From: an uncultured Anaerococcus sp.
GTDB lineage: Bacteria; Bacillota; Clostridia; Tissierellales; Peptoniphilaceae
Assembly: GCF_963510915.1 (NCBI RefSeq)
Contig: NZ_CAUPHG010000001.1
Location: forward strand, 1-57,575
Reading direction: 5' to 3'
Length of the DNA stretch: 57,575 nucleotides
Below are positions 29,576-38,386 of this stretch, piece by piece (position 1 is the first letter of the stretch; every line of letters starts with the position of its first letter). A program made the position numbers and the translations under genes. The notes beneath the pieces were generated by a model. That model was not told the origin of the DNA. It saw only the letters and a program-made list of their open reading frames with translations, and searched no databases.

Positions 29576-29824
29576 ATGAATGAATTAAGCTTAGATGAAG
29601 TAAAGGCAGATATAAAAACTAGGTCTACAGGTTTTCTACAAACGATTTTTAGGCTATTAGTTTTTAAAATTAACTTTAGTATCAACCAAGAACTTATCCA
29701 TGAGATTTTATCAGAACTAGCAAGAAGAAATGGTATAGATCCAGAAAACAAGACAAGCACAGAATTATACAAGTTGGTATATGACGAAGAAAAGCGGGAT
29801 TTTAGAAATAAGGTGACAAAATGA
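29576..29824 (+). CDS. Hypothetical phage protein
   Basis: RBS GAGG. Confidence 0.55.
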   Translation: MNELSLDEVKADIKTRSTGFLQTIFRLLVFKINFSINQELIHEILSELARRNGIDPENKTSTELYKLVYDEEKRDFRNKVTK

Positions 29825-30366
29825 TAGGATTACCACAAACAAAAAGAACCTTAAAATGGTTTGAGGAATATTTGAAGCATACAAACGAAAAATACTCAAT
29901 AGAAAAAAATAAAAAGGAAAAATCATATACATTATATTTTCAAAGAGTTTGCGTTTATGGTAATAGAACCAATTACAAAAAAATTAAGATTGCTAAATTT
30001 TATAGGGATAAAAAAGATATAGAAATTTATAGCTACAACGGTGAAGATTTTGATTTATTTGTAAAAGGATTAAGTATGCTTAAATACTGGATAGACAGTG
30101 CAACACCAGAAGAAAGATTTAAAAAAGAAATAAGAAGTATGTACAAGCACAAGAACCACAAAACAGATTATGGAGAAGATTTATATCTTAACATAGCTAG
30201 TTTTATAGCAACAGGTGAACAATACCCTTGCTTAACTGCCATAGGTGATAGATTTGAGTGGTTGCAGAAAAACTTTACAGATGACGAAATTGACTTTTAT
30301 AAAAGACTATTTCATATCAATTTATCAGAATTTGAAGAAATAAAAGAGGTTACTTATGCTTACTAA
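29821..30366 (+). CDS. Hypothetical phage protein
   Basis: Coupled ORF. Confidence 0.6.
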   Translation: MIGLPQTKRTLKWFEEYLKHTNEKYSIEKNKKEKSYTLYFQRVCVYGNRTNYKKIKIAKFYRDKKDIEIYSYNGEDFDLFVKGLSMLKYWIDSATPEERFKKEIRSMYKHKNHKTDYGEDLYLNIASFIATGEQYPCLTAIGDRFEWLQKNFTDDEIDFYKRLFHINLSEFEEIKEVTYAY

Positions 30367-30865
30367 AGAGCTTACTAATAGATTAGAAGAGTTGAGATAT
30401 AGCTGGAATACTTATAATTATGAAAACAACACTTATATAGAAATATACGATCCTTATGACGAAGACTACTATGATGAAGAAATAGCTACAGTATGTGTTA
30501 ATAAACCATATATTTTTGATACCAACACCTATCTATTTGAGCAAATGGACGAAGAACACCAGAAGGAGTTACACGAACTACTTAGTAAGTATTCAAGCAC
30601 GCCAGAAGACGAAAGGGAAGATCAAAATCAAAAACACACCTATAAGCACAAATACCTTAAGACAAAACACGGTAAAGATGCTTATTTAGCTATAAGCATG
30701 TTAGCTAGCAACAGAAAATATTATTCAGAGCTAGTAGACGAAGCAAAGAATACAGAAAATTATCAAGTTTTATTTACGAATGCAGAAATTGAGAAATACA
30801 GCAAGGAATTAGATATAGACCTTGATAACTATATCAAAGAGGAGGCGGAAGATGTTAGGAAGTGA
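30356..30865 (+). CDS. Hypothetical phage protein
   Basis: Coupled ORF. Confidence 0.6.
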   Translation: MLTKELTNRLEELRYSWNTYNYENNTYIEIYDPYDEDYYDEEIATVCVNKPYIFDTNTYLFEQMDEEHQKELHELLSKYSSTPEDEREDQNQKHTYKHKYLKTKHGKDAYLAISMLASNRKYYSELVDEAKNTENYQVLFTNAEIEKYSKELDIDLDNYIKEEAEDVRK

Positions 30866-31223
30866 TTATTGCCCATATTGTGGCCATGAAATAGAACCAG
30901 ATGAAGTAGTAGAGGTTTGTGACTTAGATGGTGATGCACAAGACGAATTAGTGGAATGCCCTAGTTGCGGGAAACATATAAGAGCTAATTTTGAAAAGGT
31001 ACTTCATATGAGCCTTGTAAGCGAAGAATACTATCTAGAAAACTTGAAGCTCCAAAGACGAAATTATGAAAGAGAACTAAAAACTGAATACGGACAAGAA
31101 TGTAAAGATTTTATTGAGTGTATGATCGAGAAAGTAGACAAGGAAATAGAAACGGCAAAACGAAATATCTCAGAGAATAAGGAAATGAAAGATGAAGACT
31201 ACAAAGAGAAAAGAATTTATTAA
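30852..31223 (+). CDS. Zinc-ribbon protein
   Basis: CPYCG...CPSCG; RBS GGAGG. Confidence 0.65.
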   Translation: MLGSDYCPYCGHEIEPDEVVEVCDLDGDAQDELVECPSCGKHIRANFEKVLHMSLVSEEYYLENLKLQRRNYERELKTEYGQECKDFIECMIEKVDKEIETAKRNISENKEMKDEDYKEKRIY

Positions 31224-31518
31224 GTTTTTAGTTAATTTGGGATTAGATGTAGAAACTGCAAGTAATTTCATTAAGTGTTATTACAAGGATAAGCCTTTAT
31301 TTGCGGTTAGCGATGATAGACGATTTCAATCAGAAGTTACTGGATATTTAGAAAATCTTGATGGTGAACTGCCTTATAAGATTTATAGTGAGGTGAGGAA
31401 GTATGCTAGCCTTTATATTGAAGAAAGGACTAGCGAGTATGAAATTGAGGTTGAGAAAGAGGAAAAAACCCGGCCTAATTGGATGACCAGATGTCTTGGG
31501 GAAGCAGTTGAGGATTGA
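31192..31518 (+). CDS. Hypothetical phage protein
   Basis: Coupled ORF. Confidence 0.55.
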   Translation: MKTTKRKEFIKFLVNLGLDVETASNFIKCYYKDKPLFAVSDDRRFQSEVTGYLENLDGELPYKIYSEVRKYASLYIEERTSEYEIEVEKEEKTRPNWMTRCLGEAVED

Positions 31519-31549
31519 TGATGGAAAAATAAAAAAGGGAGAACAAGAA

Positions 31550-31811
31550 ATGATAAAAGAATTAGAAAAGAGAAATTTAACGTTGGAAAACTTTAAAGAC
31601 TTAGTGGAAAAATCAGATAACAAGAAAGCTAAAAGATTGGATAAACAGAAATTGGTTTACCGTTGAAGAGCTCATATCTAAACAGATAAATAAAAGCTTG
31701 AACGGTGATTTTAATACAGATGATGAAGTAGATAGAGATAATTTAGCTGAATCAATAGCTAGTGAAATAAAAGACGGAATTATAAATGTAATAGATACTT
31801 ATGAGGTTTAG
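31550..31811 (+). pseudogene. Frameshifted small phage gene
   Basis: RBS plus ATG 31550; span to TAG 31811 is 3n+1; removing one A near 31631 gives a continuous ~86-aa ORF. Confidence 0.45.
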
Positions 31812-31813
31812 AC

Positions 31814-31978
31814 ATGAAAGTAAAAGATTTAATCAGAGAACTATCTTTATATGACGGTGAAGAAGATGTTTTAGCTTATCTTTATGATGAAGATAGCGAT
31901 ATAGAGTATGAGTGCGATTTTAAAATAGATTATGAAATAGCCCCTTATTTGAATTTAGAAGAAATTAAGAGGTATTGA
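31814..31978 (+). CDS. Small acidic phage protein (MKVKDL...)
   Basis: RBS GAGG, 54 aa, below ORF-track cutoff. Confidence 0.55.
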   Translation: MKVKDLIRELSLYDGEEDVLAYLYDEDSDIEYECDFKIDYEIAPYLNLEEIKRY

Positions 31979-31981
31979 GTT

Positions 31982-32173
31982 ATGAAAGTAAAAGATTTTT
32001 TAGAGTGGTTTTCTGATTTTGACCCTGAAAGTGAGTTGGAATTTGATTTGTTTGAGGAAAAAATCATTGGCTGGGGGGATTATGCAGAATGTCATACACC
32101 TTTAGATGCAACAGATGTGAATTATTTAGATGAAACCGATACTGTTTTTGTAACTTTGGTATGGGGAGATTAA
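31982..32173 (+). CDS. Small acidic phage protein (MKVKDF...)
   Basis: RBS GAGG; same N-terminus as previous ORF. Confidence 0.6.
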   Translation: MKVKDFLEWFSDFDPESELEFDLFEEKIIGWGDYAECHTPLDATDVNYLDETDTVFVTLVWGD

Positions 32174-32175
32174 AT

Positions 32176-32352
32176 ATGAAATTTAATTATGTTTTAGAGT
32201 ACAAGGAAGATTGCACGTTAAAGATACCGACTACTAGAATATCTTTTTATAGAACCTACAAATGGAAACAGTTAGCAGTTGCAGAAAACAAAGAGGACCT
32301 AGAGCCTTATTTGATAGGACACGAGGAAACAAGAAGGATTGTAAAGAGATGA
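32176..32352 (+). CDS. Hypothetical phage protein
   Basis: RBS GGGAG. Confidence 0.5.
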   Translation: MKFNYVLEYKEDCTLKIPTTRISFYRTYKWKQLAVAENKEDLEPYLIGHEETRRIVKR

Positions 32353-32630
32353 ATATACAAGAAAAAACATTTGGATATTTTACACAGGAAGATTGGCTAG
32401 AAATAAAAGACCACATAAAAGAAGTTTTAAAAGAAGATATTTCAAATGTAATTAAAGAGGAATATTTGTTTGATACTGATTATATAAGGGATATAGAAAA
32501 AGACTACCTATATGAAGCGGCAAGAACGGTAATTAAAGACCTTCTAAATGAAAATGATATAGAGCTTAAGAAAGTTATCAAACAAGTTATAAGAGAGGAA
32601 TTATCTAAGGGGCTTAGTGATGGATTTTAA
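32349..32630 (+). CDS. Hypothetical phage protein
   Basis: ATGA overlap. Confidence 0.55.
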   Translation: MNIQEKTFGYFTQEDWLEIKDHIKEVLKEDISNVIKEEYLFDTDYIRDIEKDYLYEAARTVIKDLLNENDIELKKVIKQVIREELSKGLSDGF

Positions 32631-32799
32631 AATCAAGCGCATGGATAACGGAATTTATTCCATAAAAACACATATTAAAGGGATAAACAAAGAAGAGTTT
32701 GAATGCTGCTTAAAAAAGCAATATGAACTTAGAAAATTGAGCAATGAAATTGCCAAAAATAACATAGGATATGGATTTAGAAAGGGAAAAATAAAATGA
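32617..32799 (+). CDS. Hypothetical phage protein
   Basis: Coupled ORF. Confidence 0.45.
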   Translation: MMDFKIKRMDNGIYSIKTHIKGINKEEFECCLKKQYELRKLSNEIAKNNIGYGFRKGKIK

Positions 32800-33188
32800 T
32801 GTTTAAAGCAAAAATCCTAGATATAGATAAACTCATAAAAGATACTGACTTTGTAATAGAGGGCAAAGAAAAAGGATATATAGATGAGGATAACCATGTA
32901 TATGGTTACTATGTAGACGGATATATTGTAGGACCAGTAGTAGATGTAGGAGACGATCACATAGACTTGGAGTATTGGTGCAAGGTAGACCCAGATACAG
33001 TAGTAGAAGTAGATAGCCCAGAATTTACCATAGAGGAATGGGGCACATATAGCATTAAAAAAACGGTAGAAGCTAGGAATGGACTTCATGCACAACTAGC
33101 GTATATACGTTGGAGGGACAAAAACCTGCCTAGAGAATTTACAAAAATAAAACTTGAAAGCATGAAAATAGAGGAAATAGAAAAATGA
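32796..33188 (+). CDS. Phage protein with YopX-like N-terminal region
   Basis: VYGYYVDGYIVG...VDPDTV. Confidence 0.55.
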   Translation: MMFKAKILDIDKLIKDTDFVIEGKEKGYIDEDNHVYGYYVDGYIVGPVVDVGDDHIDLEYWCKVDPDTVVEVDSPEFTIEEWGTYSIKKTVEARNGLHAQLAYIRWRDKNLPREFTKIKLESMKIEEIEK

Positions 33189-33382
33189 GATACTTATATG
33201 CTATGAGAATGAGACCTTTCAGCCCAGGAACTTACCCTAAGGACGGGTTTTTAAGTGTTAATATTAATAACGACCTAGATGATTGTGATTATTATGATTT
33301 GCTTGTTTATAGAAGAAAGCTAGATGATGAAGAGGTTTGGGAATGGGAATTTGAGTATATAGGAGCATTTAATGAGATATAA
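33185..33382 (+). CDS. Small protein resembling DarA C-terminal domain
   Basis: YAMRMRPFSPGTYPKDG...LVYRRKLDDEE...EF pattern. Confidence 0.5.
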   Translation: MRYLYAMRMRPFSPGTYPKDGFLSVNINNDLDDCDYYDLLVYRRKLDDEEVWEWEFEYIGAFNEI

Positions 33383-33776
33383 AGCACCATACGAGCTAAC
33401 AAAGGATAAAGGAGACCAAGGTTGGGATATAAGGGCAAATATTGATACAGTCCTTAATCCGAGCCAAACAAAACTAATTGATACAGGCTTATACTTTGAA
33501 TTTGAGGAATGTATATATGCTGACGTAAGAGCAAGGTCTAGCCTATCTAGTGAGGGTATACTTTGCCACACAGGTCTTGTAGATAGTGAATATAGGGGAG
33601 AAATTAAGGTGTGCTTAACCAATCTAAGTGGCGGTGTTTATCTAATAAGAAAAGGTGACAGGATAGCACAGTTAGTTTTTGGCAAGGAAATAGTAGTAGA
33701 ACCTATAAAAGCAGATGAAATTGACACAGATACCAGCCGAGGGGATAAAGGCTTTGGATCAAGCGGGAAGGATTAG
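33372..33776 (+). CDS. dut: Trimeric dUTPase
   Basis: GWDI, ARSSL, GLVDSEYRGEI, GDRIAQLV, RGDKGFGSSG. Confidence 0.93.
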   Translation: MRYKAPYELTKDKGDQGWDIRANIDTVLNPSQTKLIDTGLYFEFEECIYADVRARSSLSSEGILCHTGLVDSEYRGEIKVCLTNLSGGVYLIRKGDRIAQLVFGKEIVVEPIKADEIDTDTSRGDKGFGSSGKD

Positions 33777-33778
33777 AA

Positions 33779-34132
33779 ATGGGAAAAACTATATATTTAA
33801 TCTCAATGCTAGATAAAATTGGAAAGATTTCTACTGTTTTTGCAGCTTTATTTACGACAATTCTATTTGTTGGGATAGTATTTTATACTGATGTTGCCAC
33901 CGGATTAGGGACATATGAAGAAAAAATATTAGGAAGCTTTTTAAAAATAGTAGGCATACTATTAGGCATATCACTTATTGGATTAGTGTTAATACCTAAC
34001 AAGGAAGAAATGTATATGATAGCCCTAACCAAGGATTATGAGGTTGAAGATGTATACAGCATGACAAAAGACGAAATAAAAGGCAATATTGATTATGTTT
34101 TCAAAAAGATTGAAGAATTGAAAAAACAATAA
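33779..34132 (+). CDS. Phage membrane protein
   Basis: Two TM helices. Confidence 0.65.
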   Translation: MGKTIYLISMLDKIGKISTVFAALFTTILFVGIVFYTDVATGLGTYEEKILGSFLKIVGILLGISLIGLVLIPNKEEMYMIALTKDYEVEDVYSMTKDEIKGNIDYVFKKIEELKKQ

Positions 34133-34145
34133 GAGGTTAAGAAAA

Positions 34146-34409
34146 ATGATTATTGTAAAAGGAGATATAGGAATAGCAATTAATCCTATATGCTTAAAAA
34201 TAATAAAAAGACAACCCCAAACTATATACATTTCTAATGAAAATATAAATGGATCTTATGAAGGTGTAGAAAATAATTATGGTTATTGCATACAAGCGGT
34301 ATTTGAAAATTCAGATGCTGCAATACTAACAGAAAAAATAAACAGCTTCAACGAAGCTAAAGAAAAATTAGATGAATTGTACAACGATATATTTTTTGTG
34401 CAAGCATAG
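34146..34409 (+). CDS. Hypothetical phage protein
   Basis: RBS GAGG. Confidence 0.55.
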   Translation: MIIVKGDIGIAINPICLKIIKRQPQTIYISNENINGSYEGVENNYGYCIQAVFENSDAAILTEKINSFNEAKEKLDELYNDIFFVQA

Positions 34410-34472
34410 AAAGAGGAACAGGAAATATCAGAAACAGGAAAAGACAATTTAGATTACAACCCACACAATAAT

Positions 34473-35030
34473 ATGTTTGTGATTATGGGCGCTAGTAACC
34501 ATTCAGAATTTGAAAGGGTGCAGCACGATTATTATGCTACTGATCCACAGGCGGTTGAAGAATTGCTGAAGGTAGAAAGCTTTGATAAAAATATCTTAGA
34601 GCCTTGTTGCGGTGAAGGGCACATATCAAAGGTACTAGAAAAACACGGCTACATGGTGGAATCAAGCGACTTAATAGACCGTAATTTTGGAACGGGGGGG
34701 GTAGATTACCTCACTATAAAGAGTTGGCATGGAGATATAATCACAAATCCACCATATAAGCACGCCAAGGAATTTGTGGAACACTCTATAAAAATAATTA
34801 AACCAGGGCAAAGAGTTGCCATGCTGCTTAAGATACAATTTTTAGAGAGTGTAAAGCGTAGAGAATTATTTGAAGAGAATCCACCTAAATACGTGTATGT
34901 ATTTAGCAAGAGGGTGAATTGTGCTAGAAACGGAGATTTTAAAGGATTTCCAAGAAATAGTGCTATTTGCTACTGTTGGTATATATGGGAAAAAGGCTTT
35001 AAAGGTGAACCAGTTATTAGGTGGATATAG
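34473..35030 (+). CDS. Orphan amino (probably N6-adenine) DNA methyltransferase; start may be ATA at 34425
   Basis: DYYAT, ILEPCCGEG (motif I), IITNPPY (motif IV); in-frame G8 tract at 34694-34701. Confidence 0.85.
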   Translation: MFVIMGASNHSEFERVQHDYYATDPQAVEELLKVESFDKNILEPCCGEGHISKVLEKHGYMVESSDLIDRNFGTGGVDYLTIKSWHGDIITNPPYKHAKEFVEHSIKIIKPGQRVAMLLKIQFLESVKRRELFEENPPKYVYVFSKRVNCARNGDFKGFPRNSAICYCWYIWEKGFKGEPVIRWI

Positions 35031-35043
35031 AAAGGAGAAATAA

Positions 35044-35235
35044 ATGAAATTAAAAGTTAGATTTGAATATGAGTACGAAGTAGAAATAAGCGAAGACGAG
35101 AAAAAGAATGTAATTGAAAAGCTAGATGATGGCTATATCAAAGATTTAAAAAACGAACTTGACGATATGTTTTTAAGCGACGATGGAAGGTATGAAGACT
35201 CTAAGTTAAATTTTAAATATAAAGTTGAGGAATAA
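35044..35235 (+). CDS. Hypothetical phage protein
   Basis: RBS AAGGAG. Confidence 0.6.
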   Translation: MKLKVRFEYEYEVEISEDEKKNVIEKLDDGYIKDLKNELDDMFLSDDGRYEDSKLNFKYKVEE

Positions 35236-35244
35236 AGGAAAATC

Positions 35245-35913
35245 ATGGTAAGAATATTAGAAAATAAAGTCTAATTAGTAAAAGAAAACCCATCATATGA
35301 TGATGTTTTATCCAAAATAGAACAAGCAGCCAGATTATGTTATAGGTCTAAAAGAAGTGAGACTAGGGAAGGTAGGGAAAAGTTTTTAAAAAATCTTATA
35401 GATGTAGGACACGAATCCATAATCGAGCATGGCAGCCTATCTTTTCTTATTACCACAGATAGGGCTTGTGCCAATCAGATTGTAAGGCATAGGCTTGCTT
35501 CATATAGTCAAGAATCAACCAGGTATGTAGATTTAAGCGACTTTGATATAGTTCTAGACCAAACATATACGGAAGAAGAAAGAGAGCGTAAGAAAAGAGC
35601 ATGCGGGTCTTTGGCACAGGTTTATAAGAAAATGGGAGGAGACAAAAAGTCCAACAGGGACAAGGCCAGGGGAGCATTGCCACAATGTACGGCAACTAGA
35701 CTATATATGACAATGAATTTTAGAGAGTTAAGGCATTTCTTAAAATTAAGACTAGATAAAGCAGCCCACCAATCCATAAGAGAAATTGCTTATCAGATTT
35801 TAAAAATAATGAAAGAAGAATACCCGGTATTTGTCTTTGATTTTGATTTGGCAGATTATGGGGATATTTATAATCTAGAAATAAAGGAAGATATGCTAGC
35901 TGAAAATGACTAA
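35245..35913 (+). pseudogene. thyX: FAD-dependent thymidylate synthase with premature stop at codon 10
   Basis: GHESIIEH, RHRLASYSQESTRY, MNFRELRHFLKLR in one frame; TAA at 35272-74. Confidence 0.88.
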
Positions 35914-35959
35914 AAAAGTGCAGAAAAAATTGCCGAATTAAGAAAAGCATGGAGGAATA

Positions 35960-36394
35960 GTGCAAGATTTTTATAAGAGCCTATGCAAGGAAATCTTAAG
36001 AAAGTACGTGCAAGTTAGGACAACTACAAAAGAGATAGACGAAAGAATCGAAGAGATAAACGGCCGCCTAACAAGCATAACTGTTAGGTATGGCGAAGAA
36101 TCCGTCCAAGGCGGAGGCAGAAATTTAGATGATACTTACCTAGACAATATTGCAAAAAGGGCAATGCTTGAACATAACAATAGAATTAACAAGGCAATAG
36201 TTGAAATGGTGGAAAGTGCTTTAACATATCTAGATGATGATGAAAAAGATATAGTCATGACTCTTTATGCTTCAGGTCAAAGAGGGGCAGTATATGATCT
36301 GATGGAAGAATACCACTATGAAAAAACACAAATTTATACTATAGCAAATAGAGCCTTAAAGGTTTTAAGCTATAAAATGTTTGGGAACGCTTGA
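35960..36394 (+). CDS. RinA/ArpU-like late transcriptional regulator
   Basis: Last early gene; sigma-4-like C-terminus (ALTYLDDDEKDIV...TQIY..ANRAL). Confidence 0.7.
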   Translation: MQDFYKSLCKEILRKYVQVRTTTKEIDERIEEINGRLTSITVRYGEESVQGGGRNLDDTYLDNIAKRAMLEHNNRINKAIVEMVESALTYLDDDEKDIVMTLYASGQRGAVYDLMEEYHYEKTQIYTIANRALKVLSYKMFGNA

Positions 36395-36435
36395 AAAACG
36401 GAAAAAGAGTGAACACATTAAGAGAAAATACAGGC

Positions 36436-36616
36436 TATAATAGTAGTGTATAGTAGTAACGGGCTGACAGTTGTACTCGGGTGAATATCTTTTACCATCT
36501 AGTTCTTCAGAAGCGTTTGACATAAAATTCTCCTAATTTATTCTATATACCAGCCCTTCTTACTACTAAAAAACATTGCCAGTCTCCTAAGTCTTGATTT
36601 TATCAAGGCTTTTTTT
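36436..36616 (+). ncRNA. Candidate phage sRNA at the late promoter
   Basis: TATAAT 36436; stem TAGTAGTAAcGGGCTG/CAGCCCttcTTACTACTA; terminator 36589-36616. Confidence 0.45.
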
Positions 36617-36628
36617 ATTTATAAATTT

Positions 36629-36976
36629 GTGAAAAATAGCAAGGAAAGAGTTATGAAACATAAAGATTTTAGCCAAAATAATCATGATAATAAAATAAGT
36701 GATACCAAAAAATCAGAAAGTGACTTATATATAATTAAGACTAAAAAGCCTTACACAGTCAAGGACTATTTCCCAAACTATAGTTATGAGTATGAACATA
36801 AAGATATAGAACAAGAATCTAAAGCTATGATTGATGACTTGCATAACTTTATAGAAAATAATTCTGACCTTGCTATTTCTCAATATTCTAGCAAAGATGA
36901 AGAAGCAATCATTGAAGGATTTGGCAGGGCAATAGCCCTAGTCGAGTTATATATAAAGACAATTTACATAGAATAG
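36629..36976 (+). CDS. Hypothetical phage protein
   Basis: ORF between terminator and packaging genes (likely start ATG 36653). Confidence 0.55.
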   Translation: MKNSKERVMKHKDFSQNNHDNKISDTKKSESDLYIIKTKKPYTVKDYFPNYSYEYEHKDIEQESKAMIDDLHNFIENNSDLAISQYSSKDEEAIIEGFGRAIALVELYIKTIYIE

Positions 36977-36989
36977 GAGGTGTTTTGAA

Positions 36990-37694
36990 ATTGCAAAGAA
37001 AAAAATAAATAGCAAGCAAAAGATACCTCCTAAAATCAAGCTTTTAATGGATAGTCCTTATATTGAAGAAGTCAATAGAATGATTGACTTGAAAAGCAGT
37101 ATTAAGGATATTAGAGCGTACCTTGAAAAGCAAGGGTTTAGCATCTCAAATGACTATTTAAGCAAGTATAGGAAAATAAGAAAGTCCTATTCAGTAGAAG
37201 AAAATAACCTTGAAGACTTTATCAATAAGGCACCAGTTAAAAAACTTATAGAAGACCAGGAAAGAGAAATCCAATCAGGGTCGCAAGTCAATAAGCTAAA
37301 AAGTGATATGGAGTTTTTAGATATGGTTATCCAGTCAGGATCAGACCAGCTAAAAACCTTAATCAAAGAAAATGACTACTTAATTACTATTGACAATGTA
37401 TTTAAGGCTATAGAATTAAAAGACAAGCTAACAGATGGAGCTTTGGCGGGACTAACACAATTTGGTATTAAAAACTTGCAGGAAATAACAGAAAAGAAAT
37501 ATATGCAGTTATTACAGTCAATGTTTAAGTATGTACCAGATAACGAGAAACAAAAGGTATTATCCGAGCTTGAAGTTGTAGAAGAAGATTACTACAAGGA
37601 AACAGATTATTACGAAGACTATTTAAGAAACGCAGGAAAGACCGAAAAAGAAATCCAGAAGAAATTAAAAGAGGTCGAGGAAGATGAAGATTAA
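36990..37694 (+). CDS. Herelleviridae-like terminase-associated protein; probable ATT start
   Basis: AGGAGGTG-7 nt-ATT in frame with 37047; GFSIS..LSKY, DMEFLD, KAIELKDKLT...L.GL motifs recalled from SPO1/Twort-like phages. Confidence 0.6.
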   Translation: MAKKKINSKQKIPPKIKLLMDSPYIEEVNRMIDLKSSIKDIRAYLEKQGFSISNDYLSKYRKIRKSYSVEENNLEDFINKAPVKKLIEDQEREIQSGSQVNKLKSDMEFLDMVIQSGSDQLKTLIKENDYLITIDNVFKAIELKDKLTDGALAGLTQFGIKNLQEITEKKYMQLLQSMFKYVPDNEKQKVLSELEVVEEDYYKETDYYEDYLRNAGKTEKEIQKKLKEVEEDED

Positions 37695-38016
37695 TTCAGC
37701 AAGCAAGCTTTTAAAAACTAAATACAGCCAAGATAAGCTAATTAATAATGCAGTCGATACTCTAATCACTAATTTTTTTCTTGATGTTGCAGATGGCACA
37801 GTAAGGGCAAAAAACGTAGAAGACCTAAACCGCTTGATTAATATAAGCTTATTATTAAAGAGTATGGATAACGGTAACGGAGATAATCAAGAATTATTGC
37901 TTGATACTCTAGGATTGACCGAAGATGATAGCCTTAAAGAATTATATAGTCGAATGCTAATCCGTATGAACAATTCTAATGATGAAGAAAATAGGCCGCC
38001 AGATGGATTATTCTAA
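37684..38016 (+). CDS. Putative terminase small subunit (Herelleviridae-like)
   Basis: Position upstream of TerL; F..V.DG.V...NVEDL.RL pattern. Confidence 0.5.
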   Translation: MKINSASKLLKTKYSQDKLINNAVDTLITNFFLDVADGTVRAKNVEDLNRLINISLLLKSMDNGNGDNQELLLDTLGLTEDDSLKELYSRMLIRMNNSNDEENRPPDGLF

Positions 38017-38386
38017 AATCGAAGAGACCTTACAGTCGACTACAGATTTAAGAATTGACTTTAGGGAATATCAAATGACAAGCCTAAATGACAGATACCT
38101 TATATTAGAAATAAACGGTTATAAGGTTCTAGGATTCATAAGCCCTAATGAATTTATAGACCAAGAAACGGTCGAGAGATACTATGGAGAAGAAGCGAAT
38201 TTTCTTAATTATTGCTATTACCCATACTTAAGAATTATAATAACAAATCCTAATGGTCTTGATGATAAGGAATATATTTTACACCTTAACGAGGCTAGCT
38301 TTACAAACGGTCTACAGGAAATAGACCTATATAAGGCAAGTGATACTATACAAAGTCTAGGCGGTATTCAACCATGGATAGCGTAA
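38003..38386 (+). CDS. Hypothetical phage protein
   Basis: Overlaps both neighbours. Confidence 0.55.
   Translation: MDYSKIEETLQSTTDLRIDFREYQMTSLNDRYLILEINGYKVLGFISPNEFIDQETVERYYGEEANFLNYCYYPYLRIIITNPNGLDDKEYILHLNEASFTNGLQEIDLYKASDTIQSLGGIQPWIA

Noticed and set aside
34146..35030. TAG read-through fusing ORF 34146 to the amino-MTase
   Set aside because: Frames coincide, but a separate RBS and ATA start explain it more simply; no suppressor tRNA seen
35272..35274. Stop-codon recoding (alternative genetic code) in the prophage
   Set aside because: TAA, TAG and TGA all terminate genes normally here, and the phage tRNAs read Ser and Trp sense codons
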